Source of the DNA: Candidatus Peribacteraceae bacterium
Lineage (GTDB): Bacteria; Patescibacteriota; Gracilibacteria; Peribacterales; Peribacteraceae
Direction of reading: 5' to 3'
DNA: 64,000 bases
NCBI GenBank assembly: GCA_028707875.1
Contig: JAQWAC010000001.1
Location: forward strand, 13,829 to 77,828
Positions within the stretch are counted from its first letter, which is position 1; each line of letters opens with the position of its first letter. A model generated the notes under the pieces. It was not told the DNA's origin. It saw only the letters and a list, made by a program, of their open reading frames with translations, and did not search any database. Made by a program: the position numbers and the translations under genes. Positions 17,642 to 30,305 of this stretch are shown one piece after another.

Positions 17642-17949
17642 AAGGACGAAGGGGAATGGAAAGAGGTTAGGAAGGTAAGGAAGGGGAGTAAGGGCAGGAA
17701 GGTGCTTCATCATTCCTGATTCCTGCACGGCGCAAGGATAACAAGGGAGAACCGGAGCGGTGATGCAACGTCCTTATCTTCCTTCCGGCGTCATCTTGCG
17801 TGGAGCGGAGGTTTCCCCGAAGGGCCAGGACCGCAGCAATCAGTCGGAAGTGCAGGGGGTTTATACAGAAAGTCCGGGGGTCCCGCAACGCAAATTGGAG
17901 GAAAATTTCGGCTGATCCGATAGAATGACGCCTCATTTCCCCATTCATC

Positions 17950-18498
17950 ATGCCCTCCACTTCCTCCATCATTCAGGCGCTCTCGCTTGCCACTTTGGTC
18001 GGAAATATCTTTATTGTGTTAGCCCTCATGGCTGTTACGGTACGGTATTTGCAGAAGAAGCCTTGTTTTCTCACGGCGTTCATCCGGCGCCACGGGTTAC
18101 TTCTCCTCTTCGTTGTGGCGCTCTTTGCATCTGCGGGGAGTTTGTACTTCTCCGAAATCGCGAAGTATACGCCGTGCAAAGAGTGCTGGTTTCAGAGAAT
18201 TTTCATGTATTCGCAGGTGCCCGTTCTCCTTGTGGCGCTGATCCGGAAGGATCGCGGAATCGCTCCGTACATTCTGACGCTCTGTGTGATCGGTGCGGTC
18301 ATTTCTTTGAAGCAGTATGGCAGTCAGGTGCAGGCGATTCTCATCCCCGCACTCACCGGAAGTTGCGGCGACCCCGCGGCCAATTGCGCCTCCACGCAGA
18401 TTTTCAAGTACGGCTATATCACCATTCCCTTCATGGCCTTCACGGGATTCCTCATGAATGCACTCATGAGCCTGGTGGTGATGCGCAAGCAGGCTTGA
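17950..18498 (+). CDS. disulfide bond formation protein B family (DsbB/BdbC-like)
   Basis: Four TM segments. PCKECWFQRIFMY (CxxC plus WxQR) and a second Cys pair (GSCGDPAANC). Confidence 0.75.
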   Translation: MPSTSSIIQALSLATLVGNIFIVLALMAVTVRYLQKKPCFLTAFIRRHGLLLLFVVALFASAGSLYFSEIAKYTPCKECWFQRIFMYSQVPVLLVALIRKDRGIAPYILTLCVIGAVISLKQYGSQVQAILIPALTGSCGDPAANCASTQIFKYGYITIPFMAFTGFLMNALMSLVVMRKQA

Positions 18499-18507
18499 TG
18501 TCCGTGA

Positions 18508-19080
18508 TCATTCCGGCCTGAATCGCACCGTGGAGAGGATGTTCCGATGGAGCCGCCTCCCCTCGGCCGTGATCTGCGGTGCATCCTCAAAGAGGGTGGA
18601 GAAGCGATAGATCTTTCCTCCGTCGAACGCCATGGTTTCCATAGCGGAGAATCCTGCGGCGTTGACGCGGAACTCGCGTTCCTGAGCGGAGAGTCCGTCG
18701 ACGGAAGCTCTTCGTGCTTCAACGATGGTGACGGAGGGCTGCCCCTCAAATCCGGTGGCACGTTCCGTATCCAGATCCCTCAGATAGGCTTTCAAGGAGG
18801 CGGCCTGTGTGACATAGGCTTCAAATATCGTGCCGCTTGCCCGATAGCGCATGAGTTCGTCGGCGTCGGATTTGCTGACGAGGGAGAAGGATGCGGGGAG
18901 CTTGAAGTTGTAGGACCAGTGGGAATTGATGACGGGTTGCCAGTCCGGGAACGTGTCCGCGGGCGCGGACGTCTTGTGAAGAACGGCGTAGCCACCCGCA
19001 GCCACAGTCATCACGAGGACGAGAGTGACCGCCGCCGCTTTCGGCGGACAGCGGCATATGTGGGGGAGAGGGAACTGCAT
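18508..19080 (-). CDS. hypothetical membrane-anchored or secreted protein
   Basis: N-terminal hydrophobic segment AAAVTLVLVMTVAAGGYAV; no family recognised. Confidence 0.55.
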   Translation of the reverse strand: MQFPLPHICRCPPKAAAVTLVLVMTVAAGGYAVLHKTSAPADTFPDWQPVINSHWSYNFKLPASFSLVSKSDADELMRYRASGTIFEAYVTQAASLKAYLRDLDTERATGFEGQPSVTIVEARRASVDGLSAQEREFRVNAAGFSAMETMAFDGGKIYRFSTLFEDAPQITAEGRRLHRNILSTVRFRPE

Positions 19081-19099
19081 GGGACGAAGGCGGACTTGA

Positions 19100-20506
<1,407 letters not shown>

Positions 20507-20555
20507 GGTGCCGCTACGTTAGCGGAGACAAAGAAAAATGGCTATCACCCTCATG

Positions 20556-20664
20556 AGCACGAAGAGCGAAGTGGAAAGTGCCATAAGTGGAAAGTATTCT
20601 TCGTGCTGATTCTCAGCTGATTTGCTTTCCACTTCGTCACTTTTCCGCTTCCCACTTCTTCCGG
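20556..20664. repeat. word-periodic imperfect hairpin (GAAGTGGAAAG words), element D
   Basis: Arms 20560-20594 and 20625-20664. The reverse complement of the right arm, CCGGAAGAAGTGGGAAGCGGAAAAGTGACGAAGTGGAAAGC, is homologous to the left arm of element E. Confidence 0.65.
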
Positions 20665-20715
20665 AAAAGCTTTGGAATAGGCAAAAACATGGCTATTCCT
20701 AGAAACAGATAAATA

Positions 20716-20724
20716 TGTTATAAT
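20716..20724 (+). promoter_or_regulatory. extended -10 element TGTTATAAT, 13 nt upstream of the ATG
   Basis: TG at 20716-20717, TATAAT at 20719-20724, ATG at 20738. Implies a very short leader. Confidence 0.4.
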
Positions 20725-20737
20725 TATATCAAAGTAC

Positions 20738-22405
20738 ATGAACACCCTTCTTCGCCGCATAGGCCCCGCCTGTGTCACCCTCGGTGCGATCCTGGCGCCG
20801 GCTTCCGTGCTGGCACAGGCGGCCGCGGAGTCGAGCGCCGCGAGCAAGGGGGCTTTCATGGTGATGGGAATGCTCATTGCATTCCTGTTGCTCTGCGTGC
20901 TGCTCACGCGGATATGGGTGGGCATCGTCAATGTCTCTCTCCTTGATGTGGAGCCGATTTCCTCCATAGAGCGTCGCCATCCGTATCTTCCGTCTTTCCG
21001 CATCATCATCGGAACGGTGCTGGCGACGGTGATTCTTTTCGTCTTGTCGATCAGAGCATTCGGAACCATCGCGCCGTTTTCCGGTGCGGGCGGCATGGAG
21101 CGTGCCATCGGAATTTTCGGTGTTCTTACGCCGCTCGCCATTCTCGCACTCCTCCGATGGAAGCATGCGAAGGAGTATGTCTTTGCGTGTGGCATCGGCA
21201 CGATCGTGGGACTCATTCTCATCGGTTTTCAGGCGAAGCTTCTGGATCAGACCGGACAGCCCGATCCGTTCCTGATGGCGCTCGGAGTCACCGGCATCGC
21301 GCTCGCGTGGCGCTTCCTCTTCGGGCCGTGGTTGCCACACATCAAGGCGACGGTGCTCGGAACGTTCATCTTCTGGATTGCGTTCCATCTTCTCTGGAAG
21401 GAGGCGCCGATGGCACGGATGGCTCATATGCTCGCGATCGCGGTTGCGCTCATCCCGGCCGTGATCTGGTGTGCGCTCTTCCTCAAGTATCATCGGGAGC
21501 GCATGACGCTCGTGCTCCTCATGTTCTTCTCGGGGATGCTCTCCACCGCTCCGATTCTCTTCTACGATGCGCTCGTGCGCAGGGGGGTGGAACTGCAATT
21601 CTTCCTCTTCAAGATCGTGCCCGAGAACTTCTCGCGTTCCTCAAGTGCGTTCGTGAGCGGGAACATCTCGACATCCACGAGCATTCAAAGTTCACTCCTC
21701 TCCACCCTTCTCGCTTTTCTCATCGTGGGCCTCATTGAGGAGGGCAGCAAGCTGTGGGTGCTGCGCAAGAGCGGAACGGAATTCTTCCGCAGCATCAATG
21801 ACGTGGTGGAGCTTGCGATCATCGTTGCGATCGGGTTCGCATTCGCAGAGAACGTCATCAATCCCACTTACTTCGTCGGATTCGTGCAGCAGTATCTTCT
21901 GGCGCCCTCTTCCGCCGACTGGGAGGCGTTCATCGGGAATGTCGTCGGCCGTTCCATCCTGACAACCATGGTGCACATCGTCTCCACGGGCGTGATGGGA
22001 TACTTCCTGGGTCTTGCGATCTTTGCGGGTCCGTATCTGGAGGAAGCGCATATGCGGGGGAAGACGTCGCTCGTCGCCGTGATCGTCCGCACGATCCTGC
22101 GATTGCCGGAGAAAGCGGTCTTCCGGAAGCAGGTGCTGTTCACGGGGTTCGTGATCAGCGTCGTGCTGCACGGTCTCTTCAACTTCATGGTCTCTCTGCC
22201 GGATCTGTTGCCGGGCAATCCGCGGACGCTCGGTGATCTCTTCGGCGCATCATCCGGATCGTGGTTACACCTCTTCTCGATCATTCTGATTCCTTCCCTC
22301 TTCTACGTGCTCGGCGGATTCTGGATCCTGAGTGCTCTCTTCTATGAAGGGGAAAATCGCAAAGATCACGGACATCTCATTTTAACCGATACGTTTGTTC
22401 ACTGA
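20738..22405 (+). CDS. PrsW-family intramembrane glutamic/metallo-protease with long N-terminal polytopic extension
   Basis: EEGSKLWVL, FAFAENV and HGLFNF motifs in TM helices. Confidence 0.75.
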   Translation: MNTLLRRIGPACVTLGAILAPASVLAQAAAESSAASKGAFMVMGMLIAFLLLCVLLTRIWVGIVNVSLLDVEPISSIERRHPYLPSFRIIIGTVLATVILFVLSIRAFGTIAPFSGAGGMERAIGIFGVLTPLAILALLRWKHAKEYVFACGIGTIVGLILIGFQAKLLDQTGQPDPFLMALGVTGIALAWRFLFGPWLPHIKATVLGTFIFWIAFHLLWKEAPMARMAHMLAIAVALIPAVIWCALFLKYHRERMTLVLLMFFSGMLSTAPILFYDALVRRGVELQFFLFKIVPENFSRSSSAFVSGNISTSTSIQSSLLSTLLAFLIVGLIEEGSKLWVLRKSGTEFFRSINDVVELAIIVAIGFAFAENVINPTYFVGFVQQYLLAPSSADWEAFIGNVVGRSILTTMVHIVSTGVMGYFLGLAIFAGPYLEEAHMRGKTSLVAVIVRTILRLPEKAVFRKQVLFTGFVISVVLHGLFNFMVSLPDLLPGNPRTLGDLFGASSGSWLHLFSIILIPSLFYVLGGFWILSALFYEGENRKDHGHLILTDTFVH

Positions 22406-22581
22406 ATGGGATCGTTAATTCGGCATGCATTGCCTGAAGGAACTTAAGGTGGACAGAGCGCCTCTCATTCCCTGCCGTAGCGTTGTTACACGGGGCAAGG
22501 GTGAGTACAATGCGCGGGCACTCATTTCGGAGTTTACGGAGCGTGGATGCATTCCGTGCTCCCTGTTTTCCCGCCCTCACT

Positions 22582-24243
22582 ATGCACACCCGCTTCCCGC
22601 TTCTCCGTTCCCGTATCGGTTTCCTCTCCGTGACGGCGACGATGCTCTTTCTCATTCCGTGTTCGCTCTTCGCAGCCGATGTGGCTGATGTTCTGAAAAC
22701 ACCCGATCAAACGTTCGTGACACGGGGGGAGTTCATCCGCGCAGCGGTGAAGTTGCTCGGCATTCCGGAGGAGGCGGGAGCGACGCTTCCGTACAGACGC
22801 GTCCCGAAGAATCTGGAAAAGGTCGTCTCTGCGGCGTACGCGCGCGGGGCACTCGCAACATTCGGCAAAGAACTCTTTCCCGGCCAACCGGTCAACCTCG
22901 GTCAGGCATTGGAAGTGCTCACGGTCCTGAAGGGGCTTACGGCGGATAGCGCAGAGGATTATCGTGATCTGAACGGCGCGACAGCGGGACTCAAACGGGC
23001 GGTGCAGGCGGCACTCGACCAGCAGTGGGTCGAGCCGAAGAGTTCCTCGATCTTCGGCGTGAAAGATCTTCTTACGGGCAAAGAAGCGCGCATTCTTCTG
23101 AGGAAAGTGATGGGCGAAGGCGGTGCCGAGGACGGCGGCACGCAGGAGGATGCCATTCCGACCATTCGCATCGAATTCAAGTCGCCGGGTTCTCAGCCGG
23201 CGGGAGAGCTGCCCAAATCGCAAATTCTTGAGGCGCTCTGGAAAATCGTCAACGATGATTATCTCTACTCCGACAAGATCAGCCAGGAAGATGCCGCGTA
23301 TCGGGCGGCCGAAGGTCTGGTGGAGAGTCTCAATGATCCGTACTCCACATTCTTCCGTCCTGCGACGGCGCGGAATTTCCAGACGCGCATCAACGGAGAG
23401 ATCAGCGGCATCGGAGCTCAAGTGGAGGATCGTGCGGGAGTTCTGACGATCGTGACGCCGCTCACGGGTTCTCCGGCCGAGAAAGCCGGTCTCAAGCCCA
23501 ATGATGAGATCCTGTCCGTGGACGGCGTGAGCATCGTGGGACTTCCTTATGAGGAGGCTGTGGACAAGGTCCGCGGCCCCAAAGGGAGCCCGGTCAAGCT
23601 CCATATCCGCAGGAACGGCAGCGAGTTCGATGTTTCCGTCATCCGCGATATGATCAAGGTGCCGGAGATTGATGTGAAGTGGCGGGAGCAGATTGCGGTC
23701 GTGCAGCTGATGCAGTTCGGCAAGCTCACGGACACCGATCTCCGATCGATTATGCAGGATGTGGCCAAGAAGAAGCCTCTGGGTGTCATCCTCGATCTTC
23801 GCAATAATCCGGGCGGTCTGCTGCATGCGGCGGATGTGGTGGTGAGCAATTTCCTCCCCGTCGGAAGTCCCGTCTCGATCATCAAATCCCGGACGGGTGA
23901 GAAGACCGAAGTGACGGATCTCCCCGCGACGATCGACGCCTCCGTGCCGATGGTCGTGCTGGTGAACAAGGGGTCCGCTTCCGCCTCCGAGATCGTCGCA
24001 GGCGCTCTGCAGGATGCCGGTCGCGCAACCGTCGTGGGCGAGCAGTCATTCGGCAAAGGGACCGTGCAGGAGATTCTTGAATTCTCCGACCATTCCAGTC
24101 TGAAGCTCACGATTGCGGAGTGGCTCACGCCCAAGAGGCGCAAGATCGACGGCATCGGGGTGAAGCCGGATATCATCGTCCCCGCCTCCGAACGCGATGA
24201 TCAGCTTCTCAAGGCGGTGGATATCATAAAAAGGACACGCTGA
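22582..24243 (+). CDS. S41 carboxy-terminal processing peptidase with N-terminal SLH-like region and PDZ domain
   Basis: Signal peptide. PDZ (GSPAEKAGLKPNDEILSVDG), catalytic region LDLRNNPGGLL and GSASASEIVAGALQD. Start at MHTRF (22582). Confidence 0.85.
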   Translation: MHTRFPLLRSRIGFLSVTATMLFLIPCSLFAADVADVLKTPDQTFVTRGEFIRAAVKLLGIPEEAGATLPYRRVPKNLEKVVSAAYARGALATFGKELFPGQPVNLGQALEVLTVLKGLTADSAEDYRDLNGATAGLKRAVQAALDQQWVEPKSSSIFGVKDLLTGKEARILLRKVMGEGGAEDGGTQEDAIPTIRIEFKSPGSQPAGELPKSQILEALWKIVNDDYLYSDKISQEDAAYRAAEGLVESLNDPYSTFFRPATARNFQTRINGEISGIGAQVEDRAGVLTIVTPLTGSPAEKAGLKPNDEILSVDGVSIVGLPYEEAVDKVRGPKGSPVKLHIRRNGSEFDVSVIRDMIKVPEIDVKWREQIAVVQLMQFGKLTDTDLRSIMQDVAKKKPLGVILDLRNNPGGLLHAADVVVSNFLPVGSPVSIIKSRTGEKTEVTDLPATIDASVPMVVLVNKGSASASEIVAGALQDAGRATVVGEQSFGKGTVQEILEFSDHSSLKLTIAEWLTPKRRKIDGIGVKPDIIVPASERDDQLLKAVDIIKRTR

Positions 24244-24260
24244 AACAAGCGTTCATTATC

Positions 24261-24302
24261 GAGCGACCGGTAATGAGCACAAAGGCTCCGCTGGTCGCTT
24301 TT
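24261..24302. terminator. interrupted hairpin plus T-run between convergent ctp and rpsU
   Basis: AGCGACC / GGTCGCT outer stem, GAGC/GCTC inner stem, followed by TTTT. Confidence 0.4.
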
Positions 24303-24516
24303 ACATGTTGCTGTAAAACTTCTTCTGTCTGTTCACCGTACGGAACTCCTCGCGCTTGAGGGCCTTGATGCGGATGAGACGCTTGTTGGGCTTGCGGGCA
24401 TGATGGGCGCGCTGGCGGAGCAGCTTCATGAGTCCCGTTTTCTGCACCTGGGATTTGAAGCGCTGCTGCAAGCGGTCATTGCTTTCATCGCCGTGCTTGT
24501 GTGCGTGAATCGTCAT
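24301..24516 (-). CDS. rpsU: 30S ribosomal protein S21
   Basis: 71-aa basic protein with RFKSQVQKTGLMKLLRQRAHHARKPNKRL. Start at ATG 24516. Confidence 0.85.
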   Translation of the reverse strand: MTIHAHKHGDESNDRLQQRFKSQVQKTGLMKLLRQRAHHARKPNKRLIRIKALKREEFRTVNRQKKFYSNM

Positions 24517-24518
24517 AG

Positions 24519-26792
<2,274 letters not shown>

Positions 26793-26856
26793 TCCCTATT
26801 CCTTTGAAATTGTCACCCCGAGCTGTCGCGAGCATCGCGAGCGACAAGACGAGGGG

Positions 26857-26895
26857 CAGACGCACGCCAAGACGGTGAAGAATCTGGATATATGA
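26857..26895 (+). repeat. relic second copy of the gyrB 3' terminus ([12 protein letters not shown]-stop)
   Basis: 39 nt, with 32 of 39 identical to 26754-26792. All 7 differences are synonymous. Out of frame with gyrB. Confidence 0.8.
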
Positions 26896-27104
26896 TTTCA
26901 GATTTTCTTGTTGTTGGCTTCTTTGTACTGGTAGTTGCTCTATCTGTATTGGTCCCTTACTTCGTTCTTCGTAGCTCCTTTCGCCAGTACAGCGGTCCAC
27001 GTAATTTCATACAAGCTTTGATTTTGTTCATTGTGGCTGTTGCCAGTGTATCGATTCTTTCTTTTCTCATCATTTGTGGATTCCATCGGAGTGGCTGTAT
27101 GTGA
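26892..27104 (+). CDS. small hydrophobic protein with two predicted TM helices (low GC)
   Basis: The ATG overlaps the stop of the relic gyrB end (ATATGA). Two clear hydrophobic helices. No homology recognised. Confidence 0.35.
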   Translation: MISDFLVVGFFVLVVALSVLVPYFVLRSSFRQYSGPRNFIQALILFIVAVASVSILSFLIICGFHRSGCM

Positions 27105-27136
27105 TGAAGAGAGAAGGCTTCGCAGCTCCCTTTGCT

Positions 27137-27167
27137 GGACCTTCCCTTTACCCTCCCGTGGCGGCGG
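27137..27167 (+). repeat. partial (3' part only) copy of the GC-rich multi-hairpin element
   Basis: GGACCTTCCCTTTACCCTCCCGTGGCGGCGG resembles GGGCCTTCCCCTCGCACCCCCCGTGGCGGCGG at 43434-43464. Confidence 0.45.
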
Positions 27168-27218
27168 GCTCCTCCACGATTATGAAAAAATCCGTGCCGA
27201 AGCATTGGGTCTCATGAA

Positions 27219-28565
27219 TCAGTCGTCCGTCGGTCCCACAAACTGATCCCGCAGCGTATACGTATCCAGATTCTTCTCGCCCAGCAGCTCAATCACCTTC
27301 TCGATGATGCCTGCGAAGGGCACTTCCTGCTGCTTGCCGGCCTTCATATCTCTGAGGATGATCGTCTCGCGCTTCACTTCCATCTTGCCGAGCAGGAGCG
27401 CGAATTTGGCCTCGAACTTGTCGGCAAGTCTCATCTGGCTTTTGAGTGAAGCCTCGCCGAGTGCGCCGACGCTGTGCACGCCTTTCTCGCGGAGATCGGC
27501 AATGAGCCTGAGGCAGGTCTTTTTGGCTTCCGGACCCAGCTGCGCGACGAAGACATCCATCTGGTCCTTGTGAGGTGCCTGCACGCCCGCTTCCTTCATG
27601 TGCCACATGATGCGCTCCATGCCGCCCGCGAATCCGACTCCCGGAGTCGGTTTGCCGCCGAGCAGTTCAATCAGTCCGTCGTAGCGGCCGCCGCCGCCCA
27701 CCGCGTTCTGGGCACCGGTGTTGGAATCCCAGAATTCAAAGACGGTCTGCGTGTAGTAATCCAGTCCGCGCACCAGCCCCGGATTTGGAACGTACGAGAC
27801 ACCCAGTGCATCCAGATACTCAAGCAGGGTCGCATGGAACTGCCTGCTCTCCTCATCCAGAAACTGTTCCAGCTTTGGGGCGTTCTTCACGAGGATTTGC
27901 GTGTCTTCCTCCTTGGAATCGAGCAGGCGCAGGGGATTGGTTTCCAGCCTGCTGCGATCCAGCTCGGGGAGCTGGCGTTCCTTCCCGACGAAGAAGTCCT
28001 TGATGGCCTGCACGTAGGCTTTGCGGTTCTCGGCCGTGCCGATGTTGTTGATCTGCAGCGTCAGGCGATCGAGAATCCGGATATCTGCGAAGATGTTTGT
28101 GATCACGTGAATGAGTTGGGCATCCAGACTGGGATCCTTGAGTCCGATCACTTCCAGATCGAACTGGTGAAACTGGCGGTAGCGCCCCTTCTGTGGACGG
28201 TCGTGACGGAAGCACGGCCCGATGGCGAAGAACTCCACGGGCTGCGGCAACTGCTGCATGCCGTGCTCGATGTAGGCGCGACAGATGCCGGCGGTGAATT
28301 CCGGCCGGAGAGCAAAGGTGCCGGCCTTGTCCGCTTCCGCACTCTTGCCGCTCACGGCGAACAGCTCCTTCTCCACGATGTCCGTGTGCTCGCCGATGCC
28401 GCGCTCGAAGATGGAGCGATACTCGAAGATGGGCGGATCAATGCGCTTGTAGCCCGCCTGACGGGCGCGGTGTCGCACGGCCTTCTTGATGTAGGTCATG
28501 TAACGCTGTTCCTCGGGGAGGACATCGTGCGTGCCTTTCGGTGTGCGGAATTGGGGCTCAGCCAT
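27219..28565 (-). CDS. hisS: histidine--tRNA ligase
   Basis: PKGTHDVLP, class II motifs, RGLDYYT, GGGRYD. Start at MAEPQF (28565); 28592 is an alternative. Confidence 0.92.
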   Translation of the reverse strand: MAEPQFRTPKGTHDVLPEEQRYMTYIKKAVRHRARQAGYKRIDPPIFEYRSIFERGIGEHTDIVEKELFAVSGKSAEADKAGTFALRPEFTAGICRAYIEHGMQQLPQPVEFFAIGPCFRHDRPQKGRYRQFHQFDLEVIGLKDPSLDAQLIHVITNIFADIRILDRLTLQINNIGTAENRKAYVQAIKDFFVGKERQLPELDRSRLETNPLRLLDSKEEDTQILVKNAPKLEQFLDEESRQFHATLLEYLDALGVSYVPNPGLVRGLDYYTQTVFEFWDSNTGAQNAVGGGGRYDGLIELLGGKPTPGVGFAGGMERIMWHMKEAGVQAPHKDQMDVFVAQLGPEAKKTCLRLIADLREKGVHSVGALGEASLKSQMRLADKFEAKFALLLGKMEVKRETIILRDMKAGKQQEVPFAGIIEKVIELLGEKNLDTYTLRDQFVGPTDD

Positions 28566-28648
28566 ACGAGAGATGAGTGTACCAGTCGTCATGTGAGTTG
28601 AGAAGGGTCGATTGGGATTTACATAAGAAGAAATGCGCGTGCAGCACG

Positions 28649-28674
28649 CAGCTGGGGTTCACGAACCCCAGCTG
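28649..28674. other. perfect 9-bp hairpin CAGCTGGGG-TTCACGAA-CCCCAGCTG upstream of hisS
   Basis: Read directly. An adjacent second hairpin is GCGTGC-A-GCACGC (28636-28648). Confidence 0.5.
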
Positions 28675-28920
28675 TAGACTTCGTCTTGGAACTCTCTTAT
28701 GCGACGGCGTGCACCGCATCGGCCACCTGCGCGGAACATGATGTGATGAATCGTCGCGTAGCTTCCTGATTTGACGAGGTCTCATCCACTGCAAAGGTGC
28801 CGTCGGCATGGCGTCTGAGCGCGACGCCGCGTGGCACTTCGCGCTGATTCACATAGGCGACCTCATCGCCGGTGCGGATAGGGAGAATATTGACCATGAG
28901 ATAAAGGGGGAAAAATGGGT

Positions 28921-28951
28921 AAAAAAGAAAAAACCCTCGGGTGAGCGAGGG
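28921..28951 (-). terminator. rho-independent terminator (minus strand)
   Basis: The minus strand reads CCCTCG-CTCACC-CGAGGG followed by TTTTTTCTTTTTT. Confidence 0.7.
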
Positions 28952-29312
28952 CTGATTCGCAAGTTGGAAATTGTCTACACCAACTCACGCCCTCGCAACG
29001 AGTGCATCATCATGTGCATCATGCCGAAGGAGTGGGACTGCTGAATCACGGGCGCAGTGTAAGCCGAGTTCGGCTTCTGTCAATGGAATAGTGGGGAGTG
29101 GGCGCAGCAAGATTACTATTTGTTTGGGGTGAGGATGAGGGTGGGTTTTCGAGGGAACAATCAATGGAAGGCGGGGATGAATATCTGTGCAAAGAACAAG
29201 GTATCAACGGGAGAGGTGTAATGGTTTCCCGGTACTCGCCCCAAGCCCTTGCACATTACAGGATCATACGTGAAGGGCTGGAGCGAAATTCCGGGCGTAG
29301 TGACGCCTTCGA

Positions 29313-30197
29313 TCATGCCGCGTGCTCATGGGAATGAGCCTGTGACAATGCCGTTCTTACAATTTCATTGCGTCGTTCGCGAACGTATTCCCAGATCATT
29401 GCCTCCACCAATTCCGTCGCCGATACAGAATCGATATTTACTTGCGAAGGCGGAGTCACTTCCCTCCCTCCCGATCCCCATGCACTCGAGCGTCTTGCCA
29501 CCGCAAGTCTACTGAGGGAATCGCGGTCGGCATTTGCAGCCCAGAGAACAAAGCGTGCACGTTCCGCGTCTATGAGCTGTCGCACATCATAGCGAATGCC
29601 AATGTCGTCGCCCCAAGGATTTTCATCGATTTCTGTCATTTCCGTGAACGGGTGAAGGTCATGGGTAGCGACAGAAATATCTGTCCCCCGACGAGTCACA
29701 ACGCCGACACGCGCTCTTTGCCACTCATTCAATCGCGTGATCACTGCATTCATACAGGTCTCAATTCTGGTTTGAATTTCCCCCTTCTCTCTTCTGTTGT
29801 AATAACGAGATTCTGCTCCGCCATCGATCAGTATCACACCCCCGGGATCGATACCGAGGAAGCCGGGGAGTTGCTGCGTCCCCTCTGGCACGATGTAACT
29901 CGGGGGAAGATCGTGCATGGCGGCAGATGTGCCAGACGTATCACCATGAGCCAAGACGCCGACGCGTGCTCTTTGTCCTTCAAGTAATCTCTCGGTCACT
30001 GTTCTAAGAAAGATATGGATTCTCGCCTGAATCAATGCTTGGTTACAGAATTCAGATTCTTCTCCGGGGTCGATCAGTATCACCCCTCTGGGATCGATGC
30101 CGACAAATTCAGAGAGCTGTTCCACCCCTTGTGGTACGACGTAGTTCGGTACGGGTGGTTGTCCGGGGATGCCGTTGATTGTTTCGGGACTATTCAT
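29313..30197 (-). CDS. hypothetical protein with an internal ~85-aa tandem duplication
   Basis: Repeat 1 is PNYVVPQGVEQLSEFVGIDPRGVILIDPGEES...QRARVGVL. Repeat 2 is PSYIVPEGTQQLPGFLGIDPGGVILIDGGAES...QRARVGVV. No family recognised. Confidence 0.6.
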   Translation of the reverse strand: MNSPETINGIPGQPPVPNYVVPQGVEQLSEFVGIDPRGVILIDPGEESEFCNQALIQARIHIFLRTVTERLLEGQRARVGVLAHGDTSGTSAAMHDLPPSYIVPEGTQQLPGFLGIDPGGVILIDGGAESRYYNRREKGEIQTRIETCMNAVITRLNEWQRARVGVVTRRGTDISVATHDLHPFTEMTEIDENPWGDDIGIRYDVRQLIDAERARFVLWAANADRDSLSRLAVARRSSAWGSGGREVTPPSQVNIDSVSATELVEAMIWEYVRERRNEIVRTALSQAHSHEHAA

Positions 30198-30290
30198 AAT
30201 TAAATTGGGAAAGAAATATGCTCATATCATTTGCGCAGAGAGCCTCTGAGATGAAATATCTATAAATAATTGCTATAAATTAATATTATA

Positions 30291-30299
30291 TGTTATATT
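30291..30299 (+). promoter_or_regulatory. extended -10 (TGTTATATT) 6 nt upstream of the ATG: candidate leaderless promoter
   Basis: TG at 30291-30292, TATATT at 30294-30299, ATG at 30306. AT-rich divergent spacer. Confidence 0.35.
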
Positions 30300-30305
30300 C
30301 ATAAC

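Noticed and set aside
17868-17878. GAAAGTCCGGG string resembling the conserved P4 region of RNase P RNA.
   Set aside because: The flanks do not continue the RNase P consensus, and only about 70 nt remain before the well-supported DsbB-like CDS. An RNase P RNA of about 350 nt cannot fit.
28566-28700. T-box leaders upstream of hisS (and glyQS at 20507-20555, leuS at 46765-46887).
   Set aside because: There is no T-box sequence (AATNNGGTGGTACCGCG-like) and no specifier-loop architecture. The hairpins present belong to other repeat types.
28697-28897. 66-aa ORF on the minus strand (MVNILPIRTGDEVAYV...).
   Set aside because: A strong minus-strand terminator ends only about 24 nt upstream of its start codon, leaving no room for a promoter. 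There is no SD and no recognisable family. It may still be real, but I cannot support it.
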